Of a stretch of DNA of 64,000 bases, positions 34,886 through 48,400 are shown piece by piece (the stretch's first letter is position 1; the number at the start of each line of letters is the position of its first letter). This DNA is from Lama guanicoe (Eukaryota). The notes under the pieces are model-generated. The model saw only the letters and a list, made by a program, of their open reading frames with translations, had not been told where the DNA came from and ran no database searches. The position numbers were made by a program, and so were the translations under genes. Location: NCBI GenBank assembly GCA_013239625.1, contig MU054220.1, forward strand, positions 4,403,374 to 4,467,373, written 5' to 3'.

Positions 34886-36744
34886 ACCAACACGTGGCAA
34901 GCTGAGATTCGAACCCAAGGAACCCGAGGCTTCCCTTTGTTTCTCTCCAGATACTTTTCCTCTCGGTAAAAATAGGCATCTTCAAAGGTTGCTACCATCC
35001 AGATCTCAGAAGCTCTAAGGCCACAGAGAAGGGAAACTCCAAGGACAAGGACAACAAGGGGCAGGAACCTCCACAGACTTGCCTAGGGGAGCCAGACAGA
35101 CACCTGGCTCTTCAGGAACTGGCACGACCCAGAAGCTTCCACAGAAGGAATGGGGGTGGGGGGGCAGGAGGGATGACAAACCAGCCTTTGTCTTCTTCTC
35201 ACTGAATTCTCTCCAATGCCCACAAGGCCAGTATTACAACTCCCACTTTACAAGGGAAGCCACTTGCCTTGAGTCACGCGGCCACCATGTGGCAGGGCTG
35301 AGACTTAAACCCAGGTGGAGGGAAACTGAGCAGCCAGGTGCTTCTCAAATTCTGGGGGTTAATCCCTGCTCCTTCACGTGGAAGACCTTGGGCAATTTCC
35401 CTAACCTCTCTGAGTCACAGTTTCCCCATGTATAAAACTTGGACACAAATTGTCCCTTTTTCCTGGGGACTTGTAAGCATCAAGAATGGAGTTTGGTGCT
35501 AGTGGGTGTTCAGTGCATGTTAGTTCTGCCCCCACACCCCCACTCTTGCCTCTAGGCTGGCCTGTTTTCCATTACACCACACTGTTTCCATTCTGCTATT
35601 GACACACATGAGATAAGCACTTAAAAAAAAAAAAAAAGAAAAGAAAAACCCAAACCCCAGGCTGATCACAGCTGCACATAGGTTGATATCCAAACCTGAT
35701 TCATAATCTGGTGTTGCCTTCAGGCCTATAAAAAATAACAACACATCAACAACTGAAACCTTGATAAATGAGTGAGGAACACACAAAAATCAAAGGCTCT
35801 AAGCCAGGACCCAAAAAAATCCCCTGGATTCCTTCCCCATGAGGGGAGGTTTTCCACAGGGATACAGCCCTGTGCTTTGGCTCAGGGACCATGCTGCTTT
35901 CTCCTTGAGAAAGCTCTGGGGATAAAAATAGCCAAGCAGCAGGCGGCCCCTTCTGGGGCTCAGAGACCGGAGGGAAGGGATGGAAGGAGGGGGCCTTGGC
36001 TCCCCGGTGTCTGTGTCCTTGAGAAACAGGAGGAGGAGGGGAGGCTGTGCAATTTGGGGTCTGAGGGGGAGGTGGGGATAGGAGGCTTCCTGGTGAAGAG
36101 GAGGAAGAAATGGTCATATCAGGACTCCCCAAATAATGGTTGGGTCAGGACTCCCCAAATGCATGGAGCCACAGAATCCCACAGAAATGGCTTGGGAAGC
36201 AAGAAAAGTAAGGGGCAGGGCTAGACTTTGAAAGACCAGGAGGAGCAAGGCAGGCCACCATGCCACCAAGCAAGACCAGGAGGAGCCCCTTAGTATATAA
36301 AAAGAACAAAAACAAACAAATGAAGCCCATGGGACCCTGGTTTGACTATCTGAAATGAACCCAGGCCAATGTAGCCACTTCCAAGAGGCCCCTGTTCTAC
36401 AGAAGTCGTCCCTTTGCTTTTCCATCCCTGCCCCAGAGGCCCCAGCTTAGACTTCATCCTTCTTCCTAAGTGGTCCCCGGGCAAGTCCAATGTCTAGCAC
36501 TCCTCTAAAGGGCCACCTCACCAAGCCATTTGGCAAGCATGCAGGTAGAATCACAGGGCTCTAAGGAGCTTAGGGTCACGGATTGTTGAGTCCCTTATTT
36601 TGGCCTCATTGTGCAGGTGAGGCATCTGAAGTCCAAAGAAGATGAGCAGCTCATCCAAATCACACACAAGTCCATTGCTCAATCCAGTGCTGCTGCACTG
36701 CAGAGCTGCCAGTGACCCCATCTGCCCAGAATGTCACCTGTCCA

Positions 36745-37435
36745 ACAAGCATGACTTAGCACCAACTATGTACCAGGCACTGTCACAAGTAGGTGGGTGT
36801 GCAAGGTGGGAGACGACTACTTTATGTCAGGTGTACACAGAAAGCTTCTCTGATAATGTGACATTTGAGCAGAGTCCTGGAGGGTGAGCCATGAGGATAT
36901 CCTGTAGGAGAGCATCCCAGGAAGCGGGAACAGTATGTGCAAAGGCCCTGAGGCTGAGTGTGTTCAAGAACTAGCAAGAGGCTAGATGGATGGAGTGGAG
37001 TACTTGGGGATGAGGTCAGCGATGGAACAGGTGGGCTCTATAGGCCACTGGACGAGCCTTGGCTTCCCCTAGTGTGGCAAGGAGTCTTTGCAGGGTTTTG
37101 AGGAAGACTCGATCTAATATAGCACTTAAAAGGATCTCTCTAATTATAATGTGGAAAAGATGATGTTGTAGAGGGTCAAGGGTGGGACCAGATAGGAGGA
37201 CACTGCATAATCCCAGGGTGAGGTGCCGATAACATGGCTCAGGATGTGAGGATGCTGAGAAGCAGGTGGATTCTGGGTAGAAGTCAAGACCACAGGATTT
37301 GCTGCTTGGTCAGACATGGGGTGGGAGGAGAAGAAAAGCATCAGGGTTGATGCAGGGCCTTGGCCTGAGCAACCGGAAAGACTGAGTTGTCATTTACTGA
37401 ATTGAGGAAACCGCAGGAGGGGTAAATCTGAGGGG
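36745..37435 (-). mobile_element. L2 fragment
   Basis: agcaccaactatgtaccaggcac...gggaacagtatgtgcaaaggccctgagg...tggcctgagcaaccggaa. Confidence 0.75.
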
Positions 37436-37999
37436 GAGATCAGGACTGTGTGTGGACCTGGCCTCAGGTCAGAATCAGTTCCCTGAGGCCTTCAGGGATC
37501 ACATGGTCGCTTAGCCTGGAAGAGCCGACAGCCGTGTTCAGCCCCAGGCTGTGTGGCAGACAGGAACAGCCGCAGTCAAGGCTATGCTGCATTCCATTAC
37601 CCCCAGTTCACTCATACCACATCTCCACACCCTGGCCCAGCCTGAACACACTTGTCCCCAAGGACTCATCCATTCCAAAAAATATTTTTTAAACAAATTC
37701 TTTCATTTCTCTACAACTTTATGGTGTAGGAACATTCTTTCCTGTGTTATTCCACATGACCCTCATCACAAGCCTATGAGATGTATGGGGCAGGCATTAG
37801 CATTCCTTTTTTTACAGATGTAGAAACTGAGGCACAGAAAGGCTAAGTGCCTCAGGTTAGGCTGCACCAGCACATAGTCCAGGAGTTCAGGGTAGAACCC
37901 ATGTCTGCTGCCCCCTGGGTAAGACCTGCTTTGAGCCACACTTTCCACTTAATGAAGGATGACTTTTGGAGCAGCTGTGATGAATTTGGTCTATGACTG

Positions 38000-38228
38000 A
38001 ATTGGCCAGCACAACTAATCACATATGGCTTTTTAAATTCAAATTAAATTAATTAAAACTGAATACAATTAAAGATTTAATTTTTCAGCCTTTTTTTTAA
38101 CGATTTTTTCATTTAATTTTTTAGTCTTGCCAAATTTCAAGTGCTTAATGTGGTTGGTGACTGCCATATTGGACAGCACAGCTAATAGAACATTTCCATT
38201 ATCGCAGAAAATTCTGCTGTACAGTGTA
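38000..38228. mobile_element. MER3/MER33-like DNA transposon
   Basis: aaatttcaagtgcttaatgtggttggtgactgccatattggacagcacag...acatttccattatcgcagaaa. Confidence 0.7.
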
Positions 38229-39325
38229 CTGACAACCCTTCTCACCCATACCAGCCCTGACTCCCAATGTCAGAGTGGAGGGCTTATGGGTAGTATGTGG
38301 TGTCATGCCAACTTCCATCATTCTCAACTTTTGCCCTGACAACATACCACATGAACCATATCTTACTTAATAATAATTTTTAGAATGACTAACTTTTTAA
38401 AGTTAAATATTGATTTATGCCTTGTCCTAAGCATGCAGTCATGGTTATGGGTACAAATTATGCATACAAACATGCAATTAAAGTTATTGAATGATTGTCT
38501 ATATACTACCTCAAATCATCTCATGATTGAGAAACACTGGGCATGGATGGGCTTTGGAAACAGAAAACGTCTTCATCATTTAATCCGCTATGTGTCCTTG
38601 GGCGTACTTCTTCACCTTTCTGAATCCCAGTGATTTTTTTTTTAATTTGTAAAGTAAATGTTCCAACTGAGTTCTTATAAGAATCAGGTAAAGAGGTTTA
38701 TAGTGAGAGCCTGGCACACAATAAGTGCTTATCAAATGTAGTTTCTTTTCCGTCCTCTTTTATTCCCCCTTCTCTCAGTCCCACTCAGAGCCAGAAACTT
38801 AAAAGTAAAAACAGGAATGGCAGGTCCATAGGGGACTAAGGAAAGTGCCAATACAACCCTCAGAATCTAGGGCCGTTAGCTCACTCAGGGAAGACCTTAG
38901 AGGTCCTAACCTCTTTCTTCTAGCTGACTTTGAGCCTCTGCACAAGAAGGAAGCGAAGTCTAAGACCAGGTTTTAAACTCTCTGCCAGAGCACTGAACGC
39001 ATGCTCCAATACAAGTTTATAGAGCCCTTTGGCAAAGGCTGAGAGATTTATTGGACCTAGACATGTAAGGAAATCTTTGTCCAATCACTAGCTGACCAGC
39101 AGGCTAATAAGCAGAGACTTCAGGGGCCACACATGATAAAGAATACAGACTTTACAGAATTGGTCCAGAAAGTCACTAAGGAAACAGACAGCAACAATAA
39201 TAAACCCTAGTGAGGGGACAGAATCTGATTTTTACAAGACACTAAGAAACAGGAAAGTATGGCCTAAAGGAACAAAAAGCAATCAATAAGAACTCTCCCT
39301 AAGGAAGCCCAGATGTTGGATTAGA

Positions 39326-39653
39326 TGCCTTAGTCTGTTTAGGCTGTTATAACAAAATACCATCCACTGACTAGCTTATAAACAACAAACATTTATTTCT
39401 TGTAGTTCTGGAGGCTGGAATTTCATGATCAAGATGCAGCCAGGTTGTAGACTTTTTGTTGTAGCCTTAAATGGTAGAAGGGGAGAGAGAGTTCTCTTGG
39501 GCTTCTTTTATGAGAATGATAATCCCATTCATGAGGGCTCTACCCTCATGACCTAAGCAGCTTCCAAAAGCTCCATCTCCTAATGTCATCACTGTGAGCA
39601 TTAGGATTTCAACATATGAATTCTGGGGAAACATAAACATTCAGACCATTGCA
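39326..39653 (-). mobile_element. MaLR (MLT1A/MST-like) solo LTR nested in L1
   Basis: TG...CA ends with a 5-bp TSD ttaga/ctaga, and the motif catttatttcttgtagttctggaggctgg. Confidence 0.85.
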
Positions 39654-39843
39654 CTAGACAAAGACATTAAATCAGCTATTATAAATATGGTCACAGAACT
39701 AAAGAAAGCCAACTATAAAGAACTAAAAGTATGAGAACAATGTCTCACCAAATAAGGAGATAGAAATTCCTTCTTTCTATCTATCTATTTATCTATCTAT
39801 CTATGCCAAATAGGAATTCTGAAGTAGAAAACACAATAACTGA

Positions 39844-39951
39844 GGAGCAGTCCTGCAGAGCGATCTGAGAAGCTGTCATCCTGGGCTTGAGGGGTTCAAG
39901 TCCTCAGAAATGTCCACCAAATAAAACATAACTCTCAAAAAATAAATAAAT
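39844..39951 (+). mobile_element. 108-bp polyadenylated insert, LTR-like, with perfect 16-bp TSD
   Basis: TSD aaaacacaataactga at 39828-39843 and 39952-39967. AATAAA at 39920-39925 and A tail from 39937. Confidence 0.8.
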
Positions 39952-42889
39952 AAAACACAATAACTGAAATGAAAGGAACTCAACAGTAGATTTGATCTGA
40001 CAAAATAATCAGGAGAACAGATCAATTGAGATTATCCAGTTTGATTAGCAGAGAGAAAAAAGAATGAAGAAAACTGAACAGAGCTTCGGAGACCTGAGGA
40101 ACATCATAAAATATGTCAATATATGCATAATGGGTGTCCAAGAGGAGAGAAGAGAGACAAAGAGACAAAAAGAATATTTGAAGAAATAATAGTCCAAAAA
40201 TACCCAAATTTGATGAAAAACATTAATCTGCACATCTTAGAAGCTCAACAAGTTCAGAGTAAGACAAAGCAAAAGAGTTCCACACCTAGACATACAGTCA
40301 AATGGTCAAAAGACAAAGGAAGACTGTTACAAACAATAAAAGATAACTCCCATATACAAAGGATCCTCAATAAGATTAGTAGTTAGTGTCTCATTGGAAA
40401 CTATGAAGGTCAAAAGGCAAGGGAATGACATATTAAAACACTGAAAGAAAAAGACAGTTGAACATGGATTCTATACCTAACCAAACTATCCTTCAGAAAT
40501 GAAGAAGAAATTAATACATTCCTAAACTGAAAACAAAATAAAATTCATTGCCAACAGACCTGCCCTAAAATAAATACTAAAGCGAACACTTTAGGCTGAA
40601 ATGAAAGGGCACTAGCCAGTAGTGGCACAAACCCACATGAGGATATAGAGCAGCAGCAACCACCTGGGTAAATATAAAAACAATATCAAGGTTTTAAAAA
40701 AATGTACAACTTTTGTTGAACTATCTCATTTAAAAGACTACTGTACAAAGCAATAATTATAAAACAATTGATGGTCTTATAATGTATAAAGATGTAAGCT
40801 GTATGACAATAATAGTAGAAAGGAGGGAGGAGGTAAAGAAATTATTTTGGAGCAAAAGTTTGTATACGATTGACATTAAGTTGGTATTAATCCAAACAAG
40901 ATTGTTTTAAGTTAAGGTGTTCCCTGTAATCCCCAGGACAACCACTAAGGAAAAAACTAAGATATATAAAAACTAAAATATATATAAAAGAAACAAGAAG
41001 AACATTACAATTGTATGCCAGAAAATATTTATCTAACACAAAAGAAGGCAGTAATGGAGGAGTATAGAAAGAAAAATATATAAGACACATAGAGAACAAA
41101 TAGCAAAATGGCAAATGTAAACATTACCTTCTTGGTAATTAAAATAATGTAAATGAACTAAACATTCAAAAGATAAAAACCATGATCCAACTCTATGCTG
41201 TCTATAAAGACACACTTTAGAATCAAAAATACAAACAGGCTGAAAGTAAAAGGATAGAAGAAGATATACCATAGAAAGAGTACCTAAAAGAAAGCTGGAG
41301 TGGCCATACTGAAATAAGACAAAATAGACTTTAAGACAAAATTGTTATTGGAGATCAAGAACGCCATTTTTTAATGATAACAGGATAAACCCATCATGAA
41401 GACATAACAATTATACACATATATGCACCTGTTGACGGAGTCCCAAAATACATGAAGCAAAAAATGACAAAATGAAGGGAGAAACAGACAATCCAGCAAT
41501 AATAGCTAGAATTTGATACCAACTTTGAATGATGGATAAAACAACTAGGCAGATGATCAGCAATGGAATAGAAGATTTGAACCAGGTCTAACCAACCAGG
41601 TCTGACAGACATCTGTAGCACTTTCCACCCAACAATAGCAGAACACATGTTCTTTTCAAGCCCACATGGGACATTCTCCAGGATGGACCATACTTTAGGC
41701 CATAAGACAAGTCTCAATAAATTTAAAATTATTTAAGTCATACAAAGTATGTTGTCTAAATATAATGAAGTAAATTGGAAACCAACAGCAGAAGAAAATT
41801 TGAGAAATCCACAAATATGTGGAAATTAAACAGCACACTCTTAAATAACCAATGGATTAAAGAAGAACTCACAAGGAAAATTAGAAATGCTTTGAGATTA
41901 ATAAAAATGAATACATGACATACCAAAACTTATGTAATTCAACTAAAGCAGTGCTTAGAGGGAAATTTATGGCTGTAAACACATGTATTATAAAAGGAGA
42001 AAGATGTCAAATAAATAACCCAACTTTCCACTGTAAGAAATTGGAAAAAGAAGAGCAAATTAAACCCAATACAAGCAGGTGGAAAAAGATAATAAAAACT
42101 AGAGCAGAAAGAAATGAACGGAAACTAGAAAAAGAATAGAGAAAAATCAACAAAACTGAAAGTTGACTCTTTGAAAAGGTAACAAAATTATAAGGGAATA
42201 CTGTAAACCACTGTATGCCAACAAAGTAGATAACTTAAAGGACAAATACCTAGAAAGACAAACTACCAAAAATTGACTCAAGAAGAAATAGAAAATCTGA
42301 ATAGATCTATAATAAATAAAGAGATTGAATTAGTAATCAAAAACTTCCCACAAAGAAAAAAGCCCAGGCCCAGATGTCTTCACTGGTAAATTATACTAAA
42401 TATATAATGAAGAATCAAAACAAACTCTTCCAAAATAGAGAAAAGTAGGAACACTTCTCAACTCATTATATGCATTCAGTATTACCCTGATACTAAGACC
42501 AGAAACAGCACAAGGAAAAAAAAAAAAGCTACAAACCAATATCCCTTAAGAATATAGAAGGAAAAATCCTAAACAAAATACTAGCAACATATAAAAAGAA
42601 TCCAGCAACATATAAAAAGAATTATATACCATGACCAAGTAGAATTTATCCCAGAAATGCAACCTTGGGTTACCAGCTAAAAATCAATGTAATACACCAT
42701 ATTAATATAATAAAGGACAAAACCACATGATTATCTCAACAGAAACAGAAAAAGCATTTGACAGATTGCAATGCCCTTTCATGAGAGAAAAAGAAAAACA
42801 TTCAATAAACTAGGAATAGAAGGGAAACTAACTTCTGGACCTGATAGAAGGCATCTATTAAAAAAAAAACCATGGTAAACATCATTCTT

Positions 42890-43098
42890 TTTTTTAATAT
42901 TTCTGTTTTAAATTTTTATTTTTATTTTTTCTTCCGGTTTTACTGAGATATAATTGACATATAGCACTGTATACTTTTTGGGGGGGTAATTAGGTTTTAT
43001 TTATTTATTTACTTATTTAATGGAGGTATTGGAGATCGAACCCAGGACCTTGTGCATGCTAGGCATACACTCTACCACTGAACTATATCCTCCCCCAT
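42890..43098 (-). mobile_element. Vic-1-like SINE joined to a short L1 3' end, 14-bp TSD
   Basis: TSD taaacatcattctt at 42876-42889 and 43099-43112. SINE body at ~42974-43096. Confidence 0.85.
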
Positions 43099-45322
43099 TA
43101 AACATCATTCTTAATGGTCAAAGACTGAAAGCTTTCCTCCCAAGATCAGGAACAACAAAAGGATGTCTTTTCCCATCATTTCTATTCATCATTGTACTAG
43201 AAGTTCTTGCCAAGACAATTAAGTAAGAAAAAGAAATAAAAGGCATCCATATTATTTTTAAAAAAGAAGCAGCAGCAGCAAAACTGTCTGTATTTGGAGA
43301 TGATATAATAGTACATATAGAAAATCTAAGGAAAATGCATGTGTGCATGTGCATGTGCACATACACACAAACTACTAGAGCTAATAAATGAATTCAGCAA
43401 GGTTTCAGGATACAAGATAAATATACAAAAATCAATGGTATTTCTACACTAGTAATGACCAATTCAAAAATGATATTAAGAAAACAGTTACACAATTGAT
43501 TTTGCAATATATAAGAATAAAATACCTAGGAATAAATTTAACAAAAGAAGTTTAAGACTCGTACACTGAAAGCTACAAAACCTCACTGAAAGAAGTGTAA
43601 AAAAGACCTAAAAAAATGGAGAGACATTTCTTGTTCACAGGTTGGAAGACAAATTGTTAAGATGACAACAATCCCCAAATTGAACTACAGATTCAACACA
43701 ATTCTTACCAAAATTCCAGCTGTCCCTCACCCTTTTTTTTCCCCCAGAAATTGACAAGCCGATCCTAAAACTCTTTTGAGAATGCAAGGAACCTACATAA
43801 TCAAAACGATGTTGAAAAAGAAAATAAAGATAGAGGACTCACTTCCCAATTTTAAAGTTTACTAAAAAGCTGCAGTAATCAAGACAGTGTGGTATCAGAA
43901 TAAAGGTAGACATATAGATCAGTGGAATAGAATTTAGGGTCCAACAATAAACTCTGGTATTTATGGTCCATTGATTTTCAACAAGTGTGTCAAGACAATC
44001 CAATGAGGCAAGAACAGTCTTTTCAATAAATGATATGGAACAACCGGATATACACATGTAAAAGGGTGAAACTGGACCCCTACCTTATATGATATGCAAA
44101 AATTAACCCCAAATGAGTCAGAGGCCAAAATGTAAGTGTTAAAACTATAAACCTCTTGGAAGAAAACATAGAAGTAAATCTTGATAAACTTGGATTAGGT
44201 TTGGTATCTTGCATGGTATCTTACATACAGCACTAAATGTAAAGGTAACAAAAGGAAAAAATTTTACTGGACTTTGTCAAAATTAAAGCCTGTGCTATCA
44301 TAGGGTACTATCAAGAAAGTGAAAAAACTGCCTTCAGATTGGGAGAAAATATTTGCAAATCATACACCTGCTAACAGTCTAGTATTTAGAATGTAGAAAG
44401 ACTTTACAACTCAATTACAAAAGAAAAATAACTCAATTTTTTAAGTGGGCAAATGACTTGAATAGGCATTTCTCCAAAGAAGACATTAAAATGGCAGATA
44501 AACACACAAAAATGTTCAGCATCATTAGTTTTAGGGCAATGCAAATCAAAACCACAATGAGATACCAATTTATACTCACAAAGATGGATAGAATAAAAAA
44601 AGACAGATAATAAAACCTGTTAGTGAGGCAAGAATGAGGATGAGGATGTGGACAGACTAGAACTCTCATACATTACTGACTGGATTGTAAAATGGTGCAG
44701 CCACTTTGGAAAACAGTCTGGTAGCTCCTCAAAAAGTTAAGCTTAGAGTCATCATATGACCCAACAGTTCCACTCCTAGGTATATACCCTAGAGAATTTA
44801 ATACGTATGTGAGGATAAAAACTTATACATAAATGTTCATAACACTATCATTCATCATAGCCAAAAAGAGGAAGCAACCCAGTGCACCAACTGATGAATG
44901 GATAAACAAATGTGGTCTATCCATATAATGGACTATTGTTCAAAAAAAAAAGAGGTGAAGTACTGGTATGTGCAACAACATGGACGAACCTTGCAAACAC
45001 TATGCTGCTAAGTGGAAGACACCAATCATAAAAGGCCACGTACTGTATGATTCCATTCTTGTGAAATGGGCAGAATTCATGGGGACAGAAAGCAAATGAG
45101 TGGTTACCAGGGGCGAGGTGGGAGGCAAAAAGGAGAGTGACTGTTAATGGATACAAATTTCTTTTTGGAGAGATGGAAATATTCTGGGATTAGATCATGG
45201 TGATGGTTGCATAATTTTGTGAATATACTTAAAACCCCTGACTTGTACACTTTTAAAGGGTGTATTTTACGATCTGTATTGTATTTCAATAAAAGTTGTT
45301 TTATTAAAAATAATTAGTTGCT

Positions 45323-45448
45323 GGCAAAGGGCATAGCTCAGTGGTAGAGCTCATGCTTAGCATGCATGAGGTCCTGAGTTCAATCCCCATTACCGCTTTT
45401 AAAATAAATAAAAACCTAATTACCTCCCCTCCAAAAATCAAAAAAAAA
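45323..45448 (+). mobile_element. Vic-1-like SINE inserted at the L1 3' end
   Basis: gggcatagctcagtggtagagc...gagttcaatcccc. TSD aaaaataattagttgct (45306-45322) / aaaaataactagttact (45444-45460). Confidence 0.85.
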
Positions 45449-48400
45449 TAACTAGTTACTAGTATTATTTTTATTATTATCCTGTCCCCAAGCCTGGAAA
45501 CCCTTCTATAATGGATCTCAGAGGGCTGAGGGTGCTGGTGTTCCCCACCAGGCAAAGTCCCCTCAACCTCTGGCTGCACAGGCCAGGGGGAGAGGAAACT
45601 GAGCCTGGGCTGAGTCCAAGCCTATGGGAGAAGCATCTGTTCTGACTGCCATAGACTCCTGGATCAGAAGGGCAAACTGAGTGGGGCTGGAGCGATTTGG
45701 GGCCTTGTGCTACTCAGCCCTGTGTCTGCAGAGCTGGTGTGAGCAGGGTGAAGCTAACACTTGTTAGAGACCTCACTGCTGTCAGTTCACATCCCAGTCT
45801 GGCTGAGCTGTCTGCCTGGAGTCGTGACAATCCCTAGGAAGCTCAGCCTCTCCTAGGTACCTGCATCCTCAGTCTCCTTAACTGGGCCTGGGGTGCGCAG
45901 TGCTCAGGGAATCCAAGGGGCGCAGCCACGGTGAGGCTCCTTCCGCTAATAGGAGTTGGGGACAAAGGCCCAGATGCAGGGAGTGGCCCAAGGTCCCTGG
46001 TGGGTAAGGAAAAGAACTCTGGTCCCCTGAGTCCCTGGCTCCAATGTTCTTCACAAAACATTTTTCCTAAAACAGTTCTCCCAGGAGACCCTGCTGGTGC
46101 CCTGGAAGCCATCTAAAAGTTTCTGGCAGAATCATCGCTTCTTGGCTGGGCTCGTGCCCAGCCAAATCACGAGGCTGCTCACCCCAACCCCTCCCCTCTT
46201 CAGCAGCCAGCAGCTTCAAGAACCCACTCCACTCATCCTCTCTCCCTCTGTCCTCCAGGCCAGTTGTCATAATTTGCATCATTTATCAAGCCAGGGCTAG
46301 ACACTTCACATACATGGTCCTCTTTCATCTCCTCAACAGCCCAGGAGGGTAGAATTCTTATGATGCTCACTTTCAAGGAGGAAACCAAGGTCTGGAGAGG
46401 TTATCACTTACTCAGGATCCCACAAAGCAGGGGAGGAAGCATCCAAACCTGATCTCTTTTCCTGACACTTTGAGCCTTGTTCAGAGAATGAGCAGAGCTG
46501 ATACCTCAAGGCCAGGAGAATAGTACCACTTCACAGGCCAAGGGGCACATGGGCAGCCCAGGTGCTACTCTTCCCCGCTCCTATGGCCCTGGGAGACATC
46601 TATCCCAGCATCTTCTCCAGGGACTCTGCATTAGGCCACATAGGTTGTACACGGGCAGTGCTAGACACGTGGGCCACATGCCAAGGGTGCCTCCTGGAGC
46701 TGTGCAGTGCACATCCCACACGACTGTATGTATAAGCCCTGACTTTTGACCAGGCCTTGCATAAGACACCCTGCTCCCTTCTTTTAATCTTTCAGTGAAT
46801 TCTGCGCATCTTACCAGGCCTGGCTCAAATTCTCCCTCCTCCAGGAAGCTTTCCTGGGCCAGCCCAGACCACCCTGATTTCCCTTCCTCTCGTCCCTTGT
46901 AGATAGGCACTTCCATAGGGTACATCGCCACTTCTGTATGTGAGCCTGAGTATATCTGAGTGTCCTTGATGAGCTCCAGGAAGGCAGAGGCTGGCTGTGA
47001 AATTACTTTTTTCTCCCACCTCAGCTGACAAGATGCCAAGGGCTCTATAAATACTTGTACCTTGGCAGGTCTCCAGTTTACCAAGGATGAGGCAAAAACC
47101 CCAGAAATGAATCAGAGATTTTCAGAGCTGGAGGGGTCTCTGAAAGAGAATGCCCTCCCCATCTCATGAGTGGGGAAACTGAGGCTCAGAGAGGGAACTG
47201 GTTTGCCCGGAGTCACAAGGTCAGTCAGAGCTCTGACTCCCTGTCCAGTGCTCTTCCCACCAACCACCCTGGGTCTGGGCTCTTGGCCCTGCTTCACCCC
47301 CCAGAAATGTGGCAGCAGGTGTGTCTATGAAACCCATGCTTGCCTACTTGATCTCCAGGAAAGTCCCACATCCCAGAGCTCTGTATTTTCAGGATTGGAA
47401 AGGACCTTCAAGGCCTGGCCCACCCACCCTTCAGTTCCTGAGAATTGCTCCCCTTTGCCTGGAGCCAGCCTCCCCACTGGAATGGGCACTATCCTTTTCT
47501 GGTTCTAGTAAATAAGACATCTGTGAGTGAGCAAGCAATACCTGGGCCTGATTTCCCCTCAAACCTCAGGTCAAAGTAGCTAGAAGAGGATTTAGGATCC
47601 TTTCCAGTCCCGCTGGGGACGAGCTGAGTGACTCTAGAATGTCTGCTCTTCCGTGCCCCCTCCCCCAGCTCAGCTAGGACAGAAGCAGCTCCTCCCCAAG
47701 GAACCTCAGTGCTAGAACCAAACCACCTTCCAGGTCTGCCCTCAGTGACCCAGCTGGCCAGCAGTACTGTCACAGCCATCCTCCAGCAACCTGGGATTTT
47801 TCCACTCCAGAAATACTGCAGGAGCCTCCCCTGACCCGGTCCACCAGAGGGGCAGTTCGCTGAAATTAATCAGGGCCCCATTTTCCTGGGGACTTCAGGC
47901 CTGGCTTTAATCAAACCACAGTAGAGAAAGGCCCCCTCGATGCTGCAGAAGTCTTCATTGTTTGGAAGGGGTGTTTGGGGATGTTATGGTCACAAAGAGA
48001 AAAAAACCTAGCAGGCTAGACTGAGGGTCCTTGTTTCAACTCAAAGAACATTTTTATTGGAGGGAGAGTTGGAGCTTCTATAATATGATAAAAAAAAAAA
48101 ACCAAAGGAAACAAAGAAATGAATGTGATTTGGTATTTACCACATACCAGGTATTTTTACTGTTGGTGTTTCGTTTAATACTCACAATGAACTTAGAAAA
48201 TGAGTGTGACTCCCCTATTTTACAGATACGAAAATGGAGGCTCAAAAAGGCTAAATACTTGCCCAAGGACAGAGTAGTGGGATTTTAACACAGATTTGCC
48301 TCTTGCATAGCCCAGGCTCTTTCTAGCATGCCACCCTTTCGGGAATTAACTCCAACCTTGAAAGTGACCCCAGTCTCATGCTTGTTGCAAAATTATTTCT

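Larger units (their letters stand above)
38800..45305 (+). mobile_element. Near full-length degenerate L1: ORF1 remnant ~39660-40600, ORF2 remnant ~41100-44850, 3'UTR to ~45300
   Basis: ORF-track fragments are L1-like (KRIFEEIIVQKYPNLMK; YQNLCNSTKAVLRGKFMAVN; LNGQRLKAFLPRSGTTKGC). The 3' end is ...tgtatttcaataaaag. It is heavily disrupted and carries nested MaLR, LTR-derived and SINE insertions. Confidence 0.92.

Noticed and set aside
40000..44900. Possible active L1 ORF1/ORF2
   Set aside because: Many stops and frameshifts plus nested insertions; only short ORF fragments remain.
45323..45400. tRNA-like sequences (also ~2435-2509 and ~43020-43096)
   Set aside because: These are SINE heads with AT-rich tails (TSDs seen at two of the three) and degenerate stems, not tRNA genes.
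47838..47856. CTCF-like motif ccaccagaggggcag (and a partial one at ~62754-62770)
   Set aside because: Mismatches at core positions; it cannot be supported without PWM scoring or ChIP data.
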